From a virus (Duplodnaviria; Heunggongvirae; Uroviricota; Caudoviricetes): a stretch of DNA of 64,000 nt. This document shows, in pieces, positions 1 to 8,988 of the stretch; position 1 is the stretch's first letter; the number at the start of each line of letters is the position of its first letter. Location: IMG/VR virus record IMGVR_UViG_3300013121_000008, positions 1 through 64,000 of that record, one strand, 5' to 3'. The notes below the pieces were generated by a model, which was given only the letters and a program-made list of their open reading frames with translations, did not search any database and was not told where the DNA came from. The position numbers and the translations under genes were made by a program.

Positions 1-520
1 CCGTCTTCTAATTCAATATCTTCTATATAAACTAATTCTGATTGAAAGTTTTTGTGGTCTGATACTTTTTCTATTATTTGAAATTTAGTAGTATTGTTTC
101 CAAAGAAACCTAAACATTTATATAGTTTATTAGATATTACTTTATACATTATTTTTAATTTTATTATTTTCTGTATAAACAGCAAGCAAAGAAAAGAAAA
201 TAAATGCGAGAAAAGTTGGTATATAAACTGCAGATAAAGATAAAGCAACTCCAAATATACCAGCCGTTGCGTATAATATAGAAATAATTATATATAATTG
301 TGATGGAGATATATTCATTTGGATAGTATAATGATAATTAAAATTATTGATTATATTATTTGTTTGTGTATTATTTATTTCTGGTTGTTCCATTATTAAA
401 TCCATGTTATTGCAAGAAAAAAAGCTACTATTGCAACTAAATAACTATTTAATGCTAAAGCAATAAGCATAGTCATTAAATATAAATTATATATTAGTGT
501 ATAAAGTTCTTTATTATTCA

Positions 521-1732
521 TTAATTTTCCTTATCGTTTATATTTATTATTTCTAAATATAAATTTTCTATTTTATTTAAATCTGGTTTATCTGGAAGAA
601 TTGTTTTCTTTTCTTTAACTAATTGATAAAGATTATATTCTTTCTGTTTTCCAATCTCTAATAACTCATTAAAAGTCATTGAACCATTACGAATATCTTT
701 TAAGAATTTAGCTTTTTCTTCTGGTTGGCGAACATTAAAAGTTCCAGTAGTCAATAATTCTTCACATTGCATTAACAAACGCATTAAATGAAGACCATGC
801 TTACCATCAAAACCATAAGCAGCTTCTAATTCTGCTCTATCTTTGTTTCTATTTTCTTTCCAATTGAGAAATTGTTTATATTCTCTTTTGGCTCTGAAAT
901 AAGCTTTTTCTTTCTTTAGATAATCAGTAAACGAAGTTTCGAATCCTAATGTTTCGCTTAATTCATTAGATATATCTTCTTGTATTTCTATCCAATTGTT
1001 TAAATTGGGATCAAATTTAAATCCTTTATTATCCATTAAAGTAGCCAACAAAGCGGCAACTGAATAGAAAAACTTTTCTTTTGTTTCGTTTGTAGCATTT
1101 ACAAGCCAAGGAGAAATTTCTTCTAAGCTATTTGAAACAAAATTTATAACAGCTTGTAGTTCAGATTCGTTTAATGATTTTTCTGTTTCTAATAAACCGA
1201 AATCACTTCTGGTTGGAACTTTATCCCATTTTTCAATATTGTCTAAATATTTTTTATGAGTTTCAATTCTTTTTAATTGGCTAATAGCATAACCAGTGAA
1301 TGAATATAAAGCTCTATTAGATAGAAATAGATGTTTATTATTTCTAAGTAAATTAGATATTTTTTCATTATGGAAAACAACTAAATTATCTCCAGAAAAT
1401 AATATTTCAATTATATTTGGATTACATTCCGTAGCTAATTTAAAGAATTTTTCTAATGAGAACACAGTAGCTTCATAAAGTTTTTCTTTATCTTTAACTG
1501 TTTCACTTTCTCTACCTGATAATTCTTCAGATTTCCATATGGTTTGCTCAAAGTTTTTAAATAATCTATTTCTATAAGATAATGGAGGAATACATATCCC
1601 TCTATAATCCCAATCAGAGTTTTCTAAATTAGTTCCATAAGCTCTTGATCCACCTAAAACTAATAAAATAGTAGCTTTTTGTAAGTTAAATTCTTGAAAT
1701 GTTTTAGGCCAGTCAAAAGGTATATTATTCAT
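521..1732 (-). CDS. RlaP-like (PF10127-type) predicted nucleotidyltransferase
   Basis: N-terminal LVLGGSRAYGTNLENSDWDYRGI matches the G-S-x-A-Y-G-T...SD-x-D-x-RG signature of the RNA-repair-associated nucleotidyltransferase family; 403 aa ORF. Confidence 0.5.
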   Translation of the reverse strand: MNNIPFDWPKTFQEFNLQKATILLVLGGSRAYGTNLENSDWDYRGICIPPLSYRNRLFKNFEQTIWKSEELSGRESETVKDKEKLYEATVFSLEKFFKLATECNPNIIEILFSGDNLVVFHNEKISNLLRNNKHLFLSNRALYSFTGYAISQLKRIETHKKYLDNIEKWDKVPTRSDFGLLETEKSLNESELQAVINFVSNSLEEISPWLVNATNETKEKFFYSVAALLATLMDNKGFKFDPNLNNWIEIQEDISNELSETLGFETSFTDYLKKEKAYFRAKREYKQFLNWKENRNKDRAELEAAYGFDGKHGLHLMRLLMQCEELLTTGTFNVRQPEEKAKFLKDIRNGSMTFNELLEIGKQKEYNLYQLVKEKKTILPDKPDLNKIENLYLEIININDKEN

Positions 1733-2281
1733 TATTATTTCTTTCCGGTAGTTTTTCTAATAGGAATCGAACCTATATAATATTCTCATTTGGTTTTGAA
1801 TATCCGATGGTTTTTGCCTTGAACCAAGAATTATAATTTTACAACTATAATCCATTCTTTAATCGGCTTGACCTTATCTCCTTCTTCCATTTCAGGCATA
1901 GAGAAATAAAGAAATATTTGTGTAAATATTAGATATTATTTATAAATAATATTACAGACTATAGATAATCTGTTTATTAGCTTTTATCACATAGTTTTAT
2001 ATACTTATATATGTTAGTAATTACTATGTATTTGGTTTTAACACAAATATTTAAACTGTTATTATGTTTTTTTAAAATGGGAAGTTAGTGTATAATTATA
2101 TTTTAAAATCTGAAAGATTTTAATAGCATTTAATTAAATGTGACATTTAATCCTGCTATTTTTAATTATACTAGTATAATTATAATTATCCAGGATAATT
2201 ATCTTATAGCTTTTATCGTATAGACTATTTAGTTAATTCTATACATTTAGTTTTATCACTAACTTCTAAATTTGTTTGTTT

Positions 2282-2641
2282 TTAAAATTCTTTATTGAAT
2301 TTTTTGAATAGAGTATTATAAAGTTTTAAAGCTTCAACTATATCTATTTTTAATATTTCTATAATTTTTTTAACTGCTAATATTTTTTCTTTTGGAAGAG
2401 ACTCAAAAAATAGTTTTAATTCTTCGTTTTCTCTTTTAATTTTAGCTCTTGGATCTACATAAGGATTTCTTTCAATCCATTCATTATGTTCTTCTTCTTT
2501 TAGAAGTAATGAACTATCAAAATTTAGCATATTAACACAACCCATACAAGAGCAAGCATGTGACTCACACCATACATATCTAAAATCATATATTAAGGAT
2601 TGTATTTTTTCGTTTATTTCTTTATATCTTTCTTCGGTCAT
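2282..2641 (-). CDS. hypothetical Cys-rich protein (CxxHxC / CxxC cluster)
   Basis: 119 aa ORF; WCESHACSCMGC motif suggests metal binding. Confidence 0.35.
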   Translation of the reverse strand: MTEERYKEINEKIQSLIYDFRYVWCESHACSCMGCVNMLNFDSSLLLKEEEHNEWIERNPYVDPRAKIKRENEELKLFFESLPKEKILAVKKIIEILKIDIVEALKLYNTLFKKFNKEF

Positions 2642-2949
2642 TATATTCTTGAAAATCCCTTTACAAGTTTATCGGCTCTTTCGGAATCTATATTATAAAT
2701 ATGATCAATAATATAATTAATAATTATATGTTTATCGGGTTTTATTAAGTTTACCATAGTAAGTAAAGCTACAGAAGCATAGGTATCTAATTTATATACT
2801 TCTATTTCGTTTAGGAGTTCAAATAATTCTTCTTTTTGATTATTTTCTAATAATTCATCTATATAACTAATAATTGGATAAGCACAATGACTACCGCCTT
2901 TATAGAGATATTCTAAAAATTTCTTTTTATTTATTGGTTCTTCCATCAT
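2641..2949 (-). CDS. hypothetical protein
   Basis: 102 aa ORF contiguous with its neighbours on the minus strand (4-nt overlaps typical of phage operons). Confidence 0.35.
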   Translation of the reverse strand: MMEEPINKKKFLEYLYKGGSHCAYPIISYIDELLENNQKEELFELLNEIEVYKLDTYASVALLTMVNLIKPDKHIIINYIIDHIYNIDSERADKLVKGFSRI

Positions 2950-3480
2950 TTATTTTATTCTTATAAAATCATATGGATTAATATAATACATTCCTCTTTT
3001 GTAGTCTGCATAACCTTCTATTCTTTTAAAACGCGAAGGTTTTCCATCTTCTCTTTTAGGGGCATTAGGTAAATCTGTAACTGGTTTAATTTGCCAATAT
3101 ACTTTTACGGGCAGAGGAGCATCAAATAATACTTCTTTTTTAGTGAAATTTCCTATTTTTACAGGAGGAACTCTTTTAATTATTCTTGGATAACACCAAT
3201 AATAATAGAATTTGGCTTCAGATTCTAAAGGCAATTTTTCTGGTAATTCATCATTAAATTTACCTTTTAATGGAAATAAAATATTTTCTTTTTCCATTTC
3301 TATATATGGTCCATGGTCGCCATAAACAACTCTATTGTAGCCTCTACAAATAGGCTCTAAGACATCTTTAACAAAGAACTCGGTATTGGTATTACCTTCT
3401 TCTTGAAGTGCCTTAAAACGCCATTCAAGGTCCCTTTTATCAATGAGTCTATTGGGATATATAGCGGTAGTTTGAAACAT
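2950..3480 (-). CDS. hypothetical protein
   Basis: 176 aa ORF, abutting the neighbouring ORFs. Confidence 0.4.
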   Translation of the reverse strand: MFQTTAIYPNRLIDKRDLEWRFKALQEEGNTNTEFFVKDVLEPICRGYNRVVYGDHGPYIEMEKENILFPLKGKFNDELPEKLPLESEAKFYYYWCYPRIIKRVPPVKIGNFTKKEVLFDAPLPVKVYWQIKPVTDLPNAPKREDGKPSRFKRIEGYADYKRGMYYINPYDFIRIK

Positions 3481-3812
3481 TATTTATAACCATACGATAC
3501 CCAATCAATTTCTATTTTCTTTGAAGAATTTGTATCTTTTGTTATTTTTATGCTATAACCAAAATTGTCTCTTAAAGTTTCTATAAGTGGAATTTCAAAA
3601 GGCATGATTAATTCATTTTTTATAGATTTAATTATATTAAATTTTCCTTTAGATATAGCATTTTTAATATCTTCTGATAGATATGTATTTATAAATTCAT
3701 TAACTTTTAATTGTTCTTGTTCTTTTAATTCACTTAATATTTTCATAGAACTTTTATAGGCTTCATTTGCATTAGGAATATTTAATTTATTTTTATTTAT
3801 TGATTCTATCAT
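3480..3812 (-). CDS. hypothetical protein
   Basis: 110 aa ORF. Confidence 0.35.
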   Translation of the reverse strand: MIESINKNKLNIPNANEAYKSSMKILSELKEQEQLKVNEFINTYLSEDIKNAISKGKFNIIKSIKNELIMPFEIPLIETLRDNFGYSIKITKDTNSSKKIEIDWVSYGYK

Positions 3813-4215
3813 TGAAATTTTTACCTCTAATATTCGATTGAATTTGACTTTTTTAATTATATGTTTATACCAATGATCAGTAGCCCAATCTAAAGATTCA
3901 TTAATAGAATATAATTTTGCGTCAATAATAAAAGAGCTAACAATTAATTCTTGTGTTTGGTTTTCTTTTCCGGTACAATAATAAATATTACCTTCTTAAT
4001 CTATTGTTTCTATTATATTTGCATAATGTATTTCTATTTTAGATCCTTAAAATTTAACTTGAGAGAGTCTAATCTTATAAGTGGAGTTTATCACTCTTGC
4101 CGATCTTATAAGTTTGTCTGATAGATGACATTGTCTGTAATTACTTTAGACTACATTTAATTTTTTCTCTCAAGTTTCTATAAATAAAGAATGCACTTTT
4201 ATTTATAGAAGTATA

Positions 4216-4296
4216 GCGGGAACAATGGGATTCGAACCCATGATGTTTTATTATTGATTTAGAATCAATCTTCTTCGACCTCTTGAATATATTCCC
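4216..4296 (-). tRNA. tRNA with anticodon CUA (candidate amber suppressor); CCA not encoded
   Basis: Minus-strand cloverleaf: acceptor GGGAATA/TGTTCCC, D-arm with GG, anticodon stem ATTGA/TCAAT with loop TTCTAAA (anticodon CTA), T-arm ATGGG-TTCGAAT-CCCAT. The 11-nt variable region is unusual. Confidence 0.45.
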
Positions 4297-4303
4297 TTAT
4301 AGG

Positions 4304-4438
4304 AAGGCATAACAGGATTCGAACCTGCGAAACATTCTAGTAATGTAGTTAATTTCCAATATATTTATAATTGAACTACTAGAATATCAATTATAAATAA
4401 TCTTAGTTAACTCTCTTTGACCTCTTGAATATATGCCT
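4304..4438 (-). ncRNA. tRNA-like element with ~55-nt insertion in the anticodon region (intron-containing tRNA or pseudogene)
   Basis: Perfect 7-bp acceptor (AGGCATA/TATGCCT) and T-arm GCAGG-TTCGAAT-CCTGT. The 5' part is near-identical to the tRNA at 4216-4296. The anticodon-stem halves GTTAA...TTAAC are separated by a long AT-rich hairpin. Confidence 0.3.
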
Positions 4439-4453
4439 ATATTGTTTAGTAAA

Positions 4454-4533
4454 TGGCAGGGGCGTCAGGATTCGAACCTAAGTCTTCTGTCTGTTTTGGA
4501 ATCAGAAATTCTGGACCACTGAACTACACCCCT
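4454..4533 (-). tRNA. tRNA-Trp(CCA), CCA encoded
   Basis: Acceptor AGGGGTG/CGCCCCT, D-arm GTTC-AGTGGTCCA-GAAT, anticodon loop TTCCAAA, T-loop TTCGAAT, 3' CCA. Confidence 0.55.
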
Positions 4534-4536
4534 ATT

Positions 4537-4612
4537 TGGAGCGGGAGACGGGACTCGAACCCGCGACCCTCAGCTTGGAAGGCTGATGCTCTACCAACTG
4601 AGCTACTCCCGC
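4537..4612 (-). tRNA. tRNA-Gly(TCC), CCA encoded
   Basis: GCGGGAG TA GCTCAGTTGGTAGAGC ... anticodon stem TCAGC/GCTGA with loop CTTCCAA; T-arm GCGGG-TTCGAGT-CCCGT; perfect acceptor. Confidence 0.65.
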
Positions 4613-4618
4613 AGAAGA

Positions 4619-4704
4619 TGGTGGGCAGAGGTGGATTCGAACCACCGTAGGCGTAAGCCGGCGGGTTTACAGCCCGCTCCCATTGGCCACTCGGGCATCT
4701 GCCC
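4619..4704 (-). tRNA. tRNA-Tyr(GTA), class II long variable arm, CCA encoded
   Basis: GGGCAGA TG CCCGAGTGGCCAATGGGAG CGGGCTGTAAACCCGC + long variable arm + GGTGG-TTCGAAT-CCACC + TCTGCCC-A-CCA. Confidence 0.7.
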
Positions 4705-4705
4705 T

Positions 4706-5044
4706 TTAAATTATTTGTTTTTTTGTTATTGATAAATTACCTTTATTATTGTTTTCGTTTAACGAAATTTGTCCTGCTTCTTTAGGGGCTGGTTCTTTTG
4801 GTAACAAGAATATAACTCTTTCTATTTTTGAAGTATTAGGAATAATAATACTTTTATATAATCTTTCTAAAAAATCTATAAATAATAAAAAACTTATTCC
4901 AGGAATAAATGCTATAACAAGATCACCTGGACGATAATAACTTTCTATTTTTTTTATTCTGCTATTTCTAATATCCCACCAAATATAGGGAGTAATAAAA
5001 ATACCTATGTCCATCATTATGAAAGAAATATATAAATATATCAT
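4706..5044 (-). CDS. hypothetical membrane protein
   Basis: 112 aa ORF with hydrophobic N-terminal segments. Confidence 0.35.
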   Translation of the reverse strand: MIYLYISFIMMDIGIFITPYIWWDIRNSRIKKIESYYRPGDLVIAFIPGISFLLFIDFLERLYKSIIIPNTSKIERVIFLLPKEPAPKEAGQISLNENNNKGNLSITKKQII

Positions 5045-5116
5045 TGTTAAACCAAAGTTATTCTTATTTTTGAGGTATTACAGCACTGTTACTAACTACT
5101 GTGCTATGGGGATATA

Positions 5117-5194
5117 TGGTGCCGATGACAGGATTTGAACCTGTGACCTATCGCTTACAAGGCGATTGCTCTGGCCAGACTGAGCTACAAGGGC
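5117..5194 (-). tRNA. tRNA-Thr(TGT)-like, CCA encoded (two acceptor-stem mismatches)
   Basis: D-arm GCTC-AGTCTGGCC-AGAGC, anticodon stem ATCGC/GCGAT with loop CTTGTAA, T-arm ACAGG-TTCAAAT-CCTGT. Acceptor GCCCTTG/CATCGGC has C-C and T-T mispairs. Confidence 0.45.
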
Positions 5195-5817
5195 GGTATT
5201 GTTATTGTTCCTTTTTCTTTAGCCAAAGATAATTTTCCTTGTGAATCTTCTAAAGTAATAGCTCCTTGTAGTTCTTTAAATTTTTGATAATCACTAGTTC
5301 TTACGGCTTTTTTCAATTTTTCTAATTCTTCTTCTCTTTCTTTTTCTCTTCTATTTTTTTCTTCTTCTAATACTCTTCTCGTTTTTACTGTATTAAAAAT
5401 TAAGAGCTTTAAATACCATTTAGAAACAAATATATTTTCAATTAATGTTCTAAGAGAAGGATTTTTACTTATTACTTCTATTGGAGGTTTTTCAATTTTA
5501 TTATATAGTTTATAAAAATCAGTATTATAAACTTTTTCTATATTTTTGAATATTATTCCATCGTGTTCTATATTTATAAATTCTTCTATTATTTTATAAG
5601 ACCCTGAAATTCTTAAAGAGGTTAAACCTTCAATTATTTCTCGTTCGGTTAAAAAATAATCATTATGTTCTTTTAAAGAGGGATTATATTTTTTCAATAA
5701 ATCCTCATAGGTATCTCTTTTTTCTACATTTCTAAATTCATCTGTAACACTAATTATTCCACTAATTAATAATATAAAAAAGGGAAGAGAAATTAAAGCT
5801 ATTATAATAGAAGTCAT
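5185..5817 (-). CDS. hypothetical membrane-anchored coiled-coil protein
   Basis: 210 aa ORF; N-terminal TM helix (IIIALISLPFFILLISGII) and K/E-rich C-terminus. Confidence 0.4.
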   Translation of the reverse strand: MTSIIIALISLPFFILLISGIISVTDEFRNVEKRDTYEDLLKKYNPSLKEHNDYFLTEREIIEGLTSLRISGSYKIIEEFINIEHDGIIFKNIEKVYNTDFYKLYNKIEKPPIEVISKNPSLRTLIENIFVSKWYLKLLIFNTVKTRRVLEEEKNRREKEREEELEKLKKAVRTSDYQKFKELQGAITLEDSQGKLSLAKEKGTITIPPL

Positions 5818-5857
5818 ATATTTTAATCTTTTTAGAATTTAGTTTAATAAATTGAAA

Positions 5858-5934
5858 TGGTGCCCCCGGTAGGATTCGAACCTACGACCTTGAGATTAAA
5901 AGTCTCCCGCTCTAACCAACTGAGCTACAAGGGC
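5858..5934 (-). tRNA. tRNA-Lys(TTT), CCA encoded
   Basis: GCCCTTG TA GCTCAGTTGGTTAGAGC GGGAGACTTTTAATCTC...GTAGG-TTCGAAT-CCTAC-CGGGGGC-A-CCA. Confidence 0.7.
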
Positions 5935-6193
5935 ATATATTATATTGGTGACCGAAGAAGGATTCGAACCTTCGTGAAAATACTTACTATAGATTATATC
6001 TTCGCGCTCTGCCATCCCAAGTGCCGCTATTGTCCACTTCGCGTATTCAGTCTAAAAAGTAAGAGATTAGGGTAATCTCTCTTTTGATTCTCAGCAAGAG
6101 CCATCAATTCTTGCTTAACCCACTCTTGGAGGTTGTTATGTGTTAGAGGAGAATCTTCAGCCTTTCAATTACTCCAGAAGACCACGTTGGAGA

Positions 6194-7591
6194 CTACATC
6201 ATATTTTCAAATTGATTTGAAACAATGATTCCTTTTAGTTGTTGATCTTTGTATAAGCCCCAAAAAAGTTCGCGCAACTTCTTTTCGTGAAAATCTACTA
6301 ATATTTTTTCACTCATTTTCTTGCATTTAACTTCTTCTGGCTCTTCACCTTCGTTACAAACAATACTAACTTTCTTGTTGGTGTAACGTTTTCCTGCACT
6401 AAAATCAATAACCTGGAGAATAGATAGACCATTCCAACGATGTCCCTCTTTTCTAACTCTAAAGTTATGGAAATTAATTTCTTTTAAGAAAAGATTCTGC
6501 ATCCAATTTCCAATCTTTTCAGCTTCCTTCAAAGATTTTGTAGATTCTTCATAAGAATTCTTCTTATAGAATATTTGTTTTTCTACTCCATCACTTTCGT
6601 AAGTGTAGGTATTGTAACACATGTTGAATTCATATTCTCCATTAGAATTTTGAATCATTCTAATTAAGTCAGAGTAATCTAATGTGTAATGCGGCCCGTC
6701 AATAGAATCTTTTTCTTGTAGGTCAAGAGGTTCTTCACCGTCAGTAACTGATTCTACTCTTTGCTTAGAGAATAAAGACCACCAACTATATTTATTTACT
6801 GCTTGGCAGAAACTAATAAAATCTTCACGCTCTAATGGAATATTCATTATTGGGAAACTTGCGTTGAAACCAATACTTAAAAGTCCAAGTAGTGAGAAAA
6901 TTAGACGTGCCTCTTCTTTAGCAACTTTTCGTTTGTGTTTAGAAGAAATAGTTTTAATTAACTTGTTGCCTAATTCTAAAGTTAAAGCAGAAGCTTTTTC
7001 TTTAACTTCTAAATCTTCATGTTTAACGAATTCTTGACCAATTTTTTCGGTCCAATTTGCAGGACATCCAATTTTAGTGTAACAAGGTACAGAAACTTCA
7101 ATTATGTATTTAACATATTTGTCAGTATTGTCACCCCAGAATTCTCTTAATTTTTCTATTCTTTCCACAAGTTTAGAAGAAATAGTAAACCAACGAATTA
7201 AATCAGAAGAAATGGTATGAGAGTAGTCGGTTACCATTTCAAAGTTTTGGCTTCTTAGTTCTTCGTCGCCATCGTTTTTATAGAATAGAATGACGCTTTT
7301 GTTAATTCTATTTTCAAGAAGATTAACGATTCTAGGTCCATATTCTCCTAATAGAATATTGAGGGTGTAAATAGAGTCTTCAAGAGCCATTGACATTCTT
7401 TCGTCGATTGGAGGTTTATTGACAATATTTTGCTCTTCTTTTTCGAGCATTTCTTGCCAACTGCCATATTCGGTACTTGAATCATCAAATTTTTCAATGT
7501 ATTTTGATTGGCCTTCGGTAAAAACAGTAAAACCAAGTTCGAAATCTTTGAAATCGATTCCGTTTGAAGCGTGAGGAATTAGTTCAATCAT
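6194..7591 (-). CDS. hypothetical protein (weak KxDG nucleotidyltransferase-like motif)
   Basis: 465 aa ORF. Contains ...ILFYKNDGDEEL... (K-x-D-G as in ligase motif I) at about residue 105 and a later ESDGVEKQIFYKKNSY segment. The similarity is speculative. Confidence 0.4.
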   Translation of the reverse strand: MIELIPHASNGIDFKDFELGFTVFTEGQSKYIEKFDDSSTEYGSWQEMLEKEEQNIVNKPPIDERMSMALEDSIYTLNILLGEYGPRIVNLLENRINKSVILFYKNDGDEELRSQNFEMVTDYSHTISSDLIRWFTISSKLVERIEKLREFWGDNTDKYVKYIIEVSVPCYTKIGCPANWTEKIGQEFVKHEDLEVKEKASALTLELGNKLIKTISSKHKRKVAKEEARLIFSLLGLLSIGFNASFPIMNIPLEREDFISFCQAVNKYSWWSLFSKQRVESVTDGEEPLDLQEKDSIDGPHYTLDYSDLIRMIQNSNGEYEFNMCYNTYTYESDGVEKQIFYKKNSYEESTKSLKEAEKIGNWMQNLFLKEINFHNFRVRKEGHRWNGLSILQVIDFSAGKRYTNKKVSIVCNEGEEPEEVKCKKMSEKILVDFHEKKLRELFWGLYKDQQLKGIIVSNQFENMM

Positions 7592-7690
7592 TTTGTACCT
7601 AGAGAATAAATAGGTTAAATAGAATAAAAACAGCTAATAAAAGAAAACTAATTATTAAATTGTTTATTAATAGATAGGTTAAGTATAAAA

Positions 7691-8044
7691 TCATGATAAA
7701 TCTTTTACACTTCCTAATAACATTTGAGTAGATGGCATGAAGTTAAAAGAAATAGCAGAATCGCTATCATCAGTTATAATTATTTGAAACTCTTCTTTAA
7801 CTTCAAATGATAATTCTTTTGGAGAATAGTTTGTATAATAAGATATTTGATTAACAAATTCTATTATTGCATCAACGCCAGAAATTGTCATTGTTGGAGT
7901 GACCTCTACTCCAGTATATACAAAAAGTAAACTTTCAGAGGTTAATGAATTTTCTATCTCTTTTAATTCGGTGTTGCTTATCATTTTTTTTCCTTTTAAA
8001 GTGGTGGAGATAACGGGACTCGACAATTTATCCTTTATTTTCAT
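7691..8044 (-). CDS. hypothetical protein
   Basis: 117 aa ORF. Confidence 0.35.
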   Translation of the reverse strand: MKIKDKLSSPVISTTLKGKKMISNTELKEIENSLTSESLLFVYTGVEVTPTMTISGVDAIIEFVNQISYYTNYSPKELSFEVKEEFQIIITDDSDSAISFNFMPSTQMLLGSVKDLS

Positions 8045-8724
8045 AAAGGTATGGACTATTCCTTTATCTTGGAGATATAACCTTAATCCAAGATAGGAGG
8101 CATTTATGAAAGAAACCGATATCGATTTTTTCCATCCTAGTGCTAGTGCAACTTAATGTCGCTAGCCTATAAGTCTCTAGACAGCTTCAAAACTTTCGTT
8201 TTTAACTGTACGGTGTTGGCACCGGCATAACCCGCTGAGCTTTCGCCGTTTGAGCCTCCTTTGCGAACAAGCATCACTGCTTATTGGGGCACGTTTTACC
8301 CGTGTCTTAAATACTTCTATACTTCTCAGTTCGTAGCCTTTTTAGTTATTTTTAATTGCTAAACCAATTAGTTATTCTATTCATAACAGTCAATTAGTTT
8401 AATTTAAATTTTATAAAATAACTTTTCTAAAATTTTATAAAATCGAGGTTTAATACAAGCCCTTTAAAGTTCAACCATCTCTTTAAAAGACTCCAGTATT
8501 TCTACTGGTCCTTAAACTAAGCGTAAGCTATAGCTGAAGGAGCGACAACAAAGTCGGCACTTACAATTTTGAATTTTCAAAGCTTTTCTGCTTGCCACGC
8601 TAATAATACTTTAGTACCTAATCGATTCCTAAATATCCCCTAATTTTATTTTTTTAAATACAGATAAACACAACAATCTAATAGTATTAGTATTAGAAAA
8701 ATTGAATATATTGACGCCATCATT

Positions 8725-8949
8725 TTAATCACTATTCATATATCTTTGACCAGTTGATGTATAAAGATTATTTTTTTCAATTATTCCAGTAAATGTCGTC
8801 TGATATGATTGAGGTGGGTAATCTTTTAATATTTTTTCAATTTCTTTTTTAATTTCTTCTAAGTTTTCTGATTCTAAATTATAATATACTTTAAAATCAA
8901 AATTTTTTATTTCTTTCTTTATCATTTTTATTTGAATTCCTATAGACAT
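8725..8949 (-). CDS. hypothetical protein
   Basis: 74 aa ORF. Confidence 0.3.
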   Translation of the reverse strand: MSIGIQIKMIKKEIKNFDFKVYYNLESENLEEIKKEIEKILKDYPPQSYQTTFTGIIEKNNLYTSTGQRYMNSD

Positions 8950-8988
8950 TTAATCTATAATAGCTTTATCAACTTAACGAGGTTTTAA

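Noticed and set aside
1741-1880. tRNA-like T-arm (ATAGG-TTCGATT-CCTAT) on minus strand
   Set aside because: No acceptor stem or anticodon arm could be paired. Probably a decayed tRNA remnant.
5947-6045. tRNA-like 3' part (T-arm GAAGG-TTCGAAT-CCTTC, CCA)
   Set aside because: No complementary 5' acceptor strand within 150 nt. Treated as a tRNA fragment or pseudogene.
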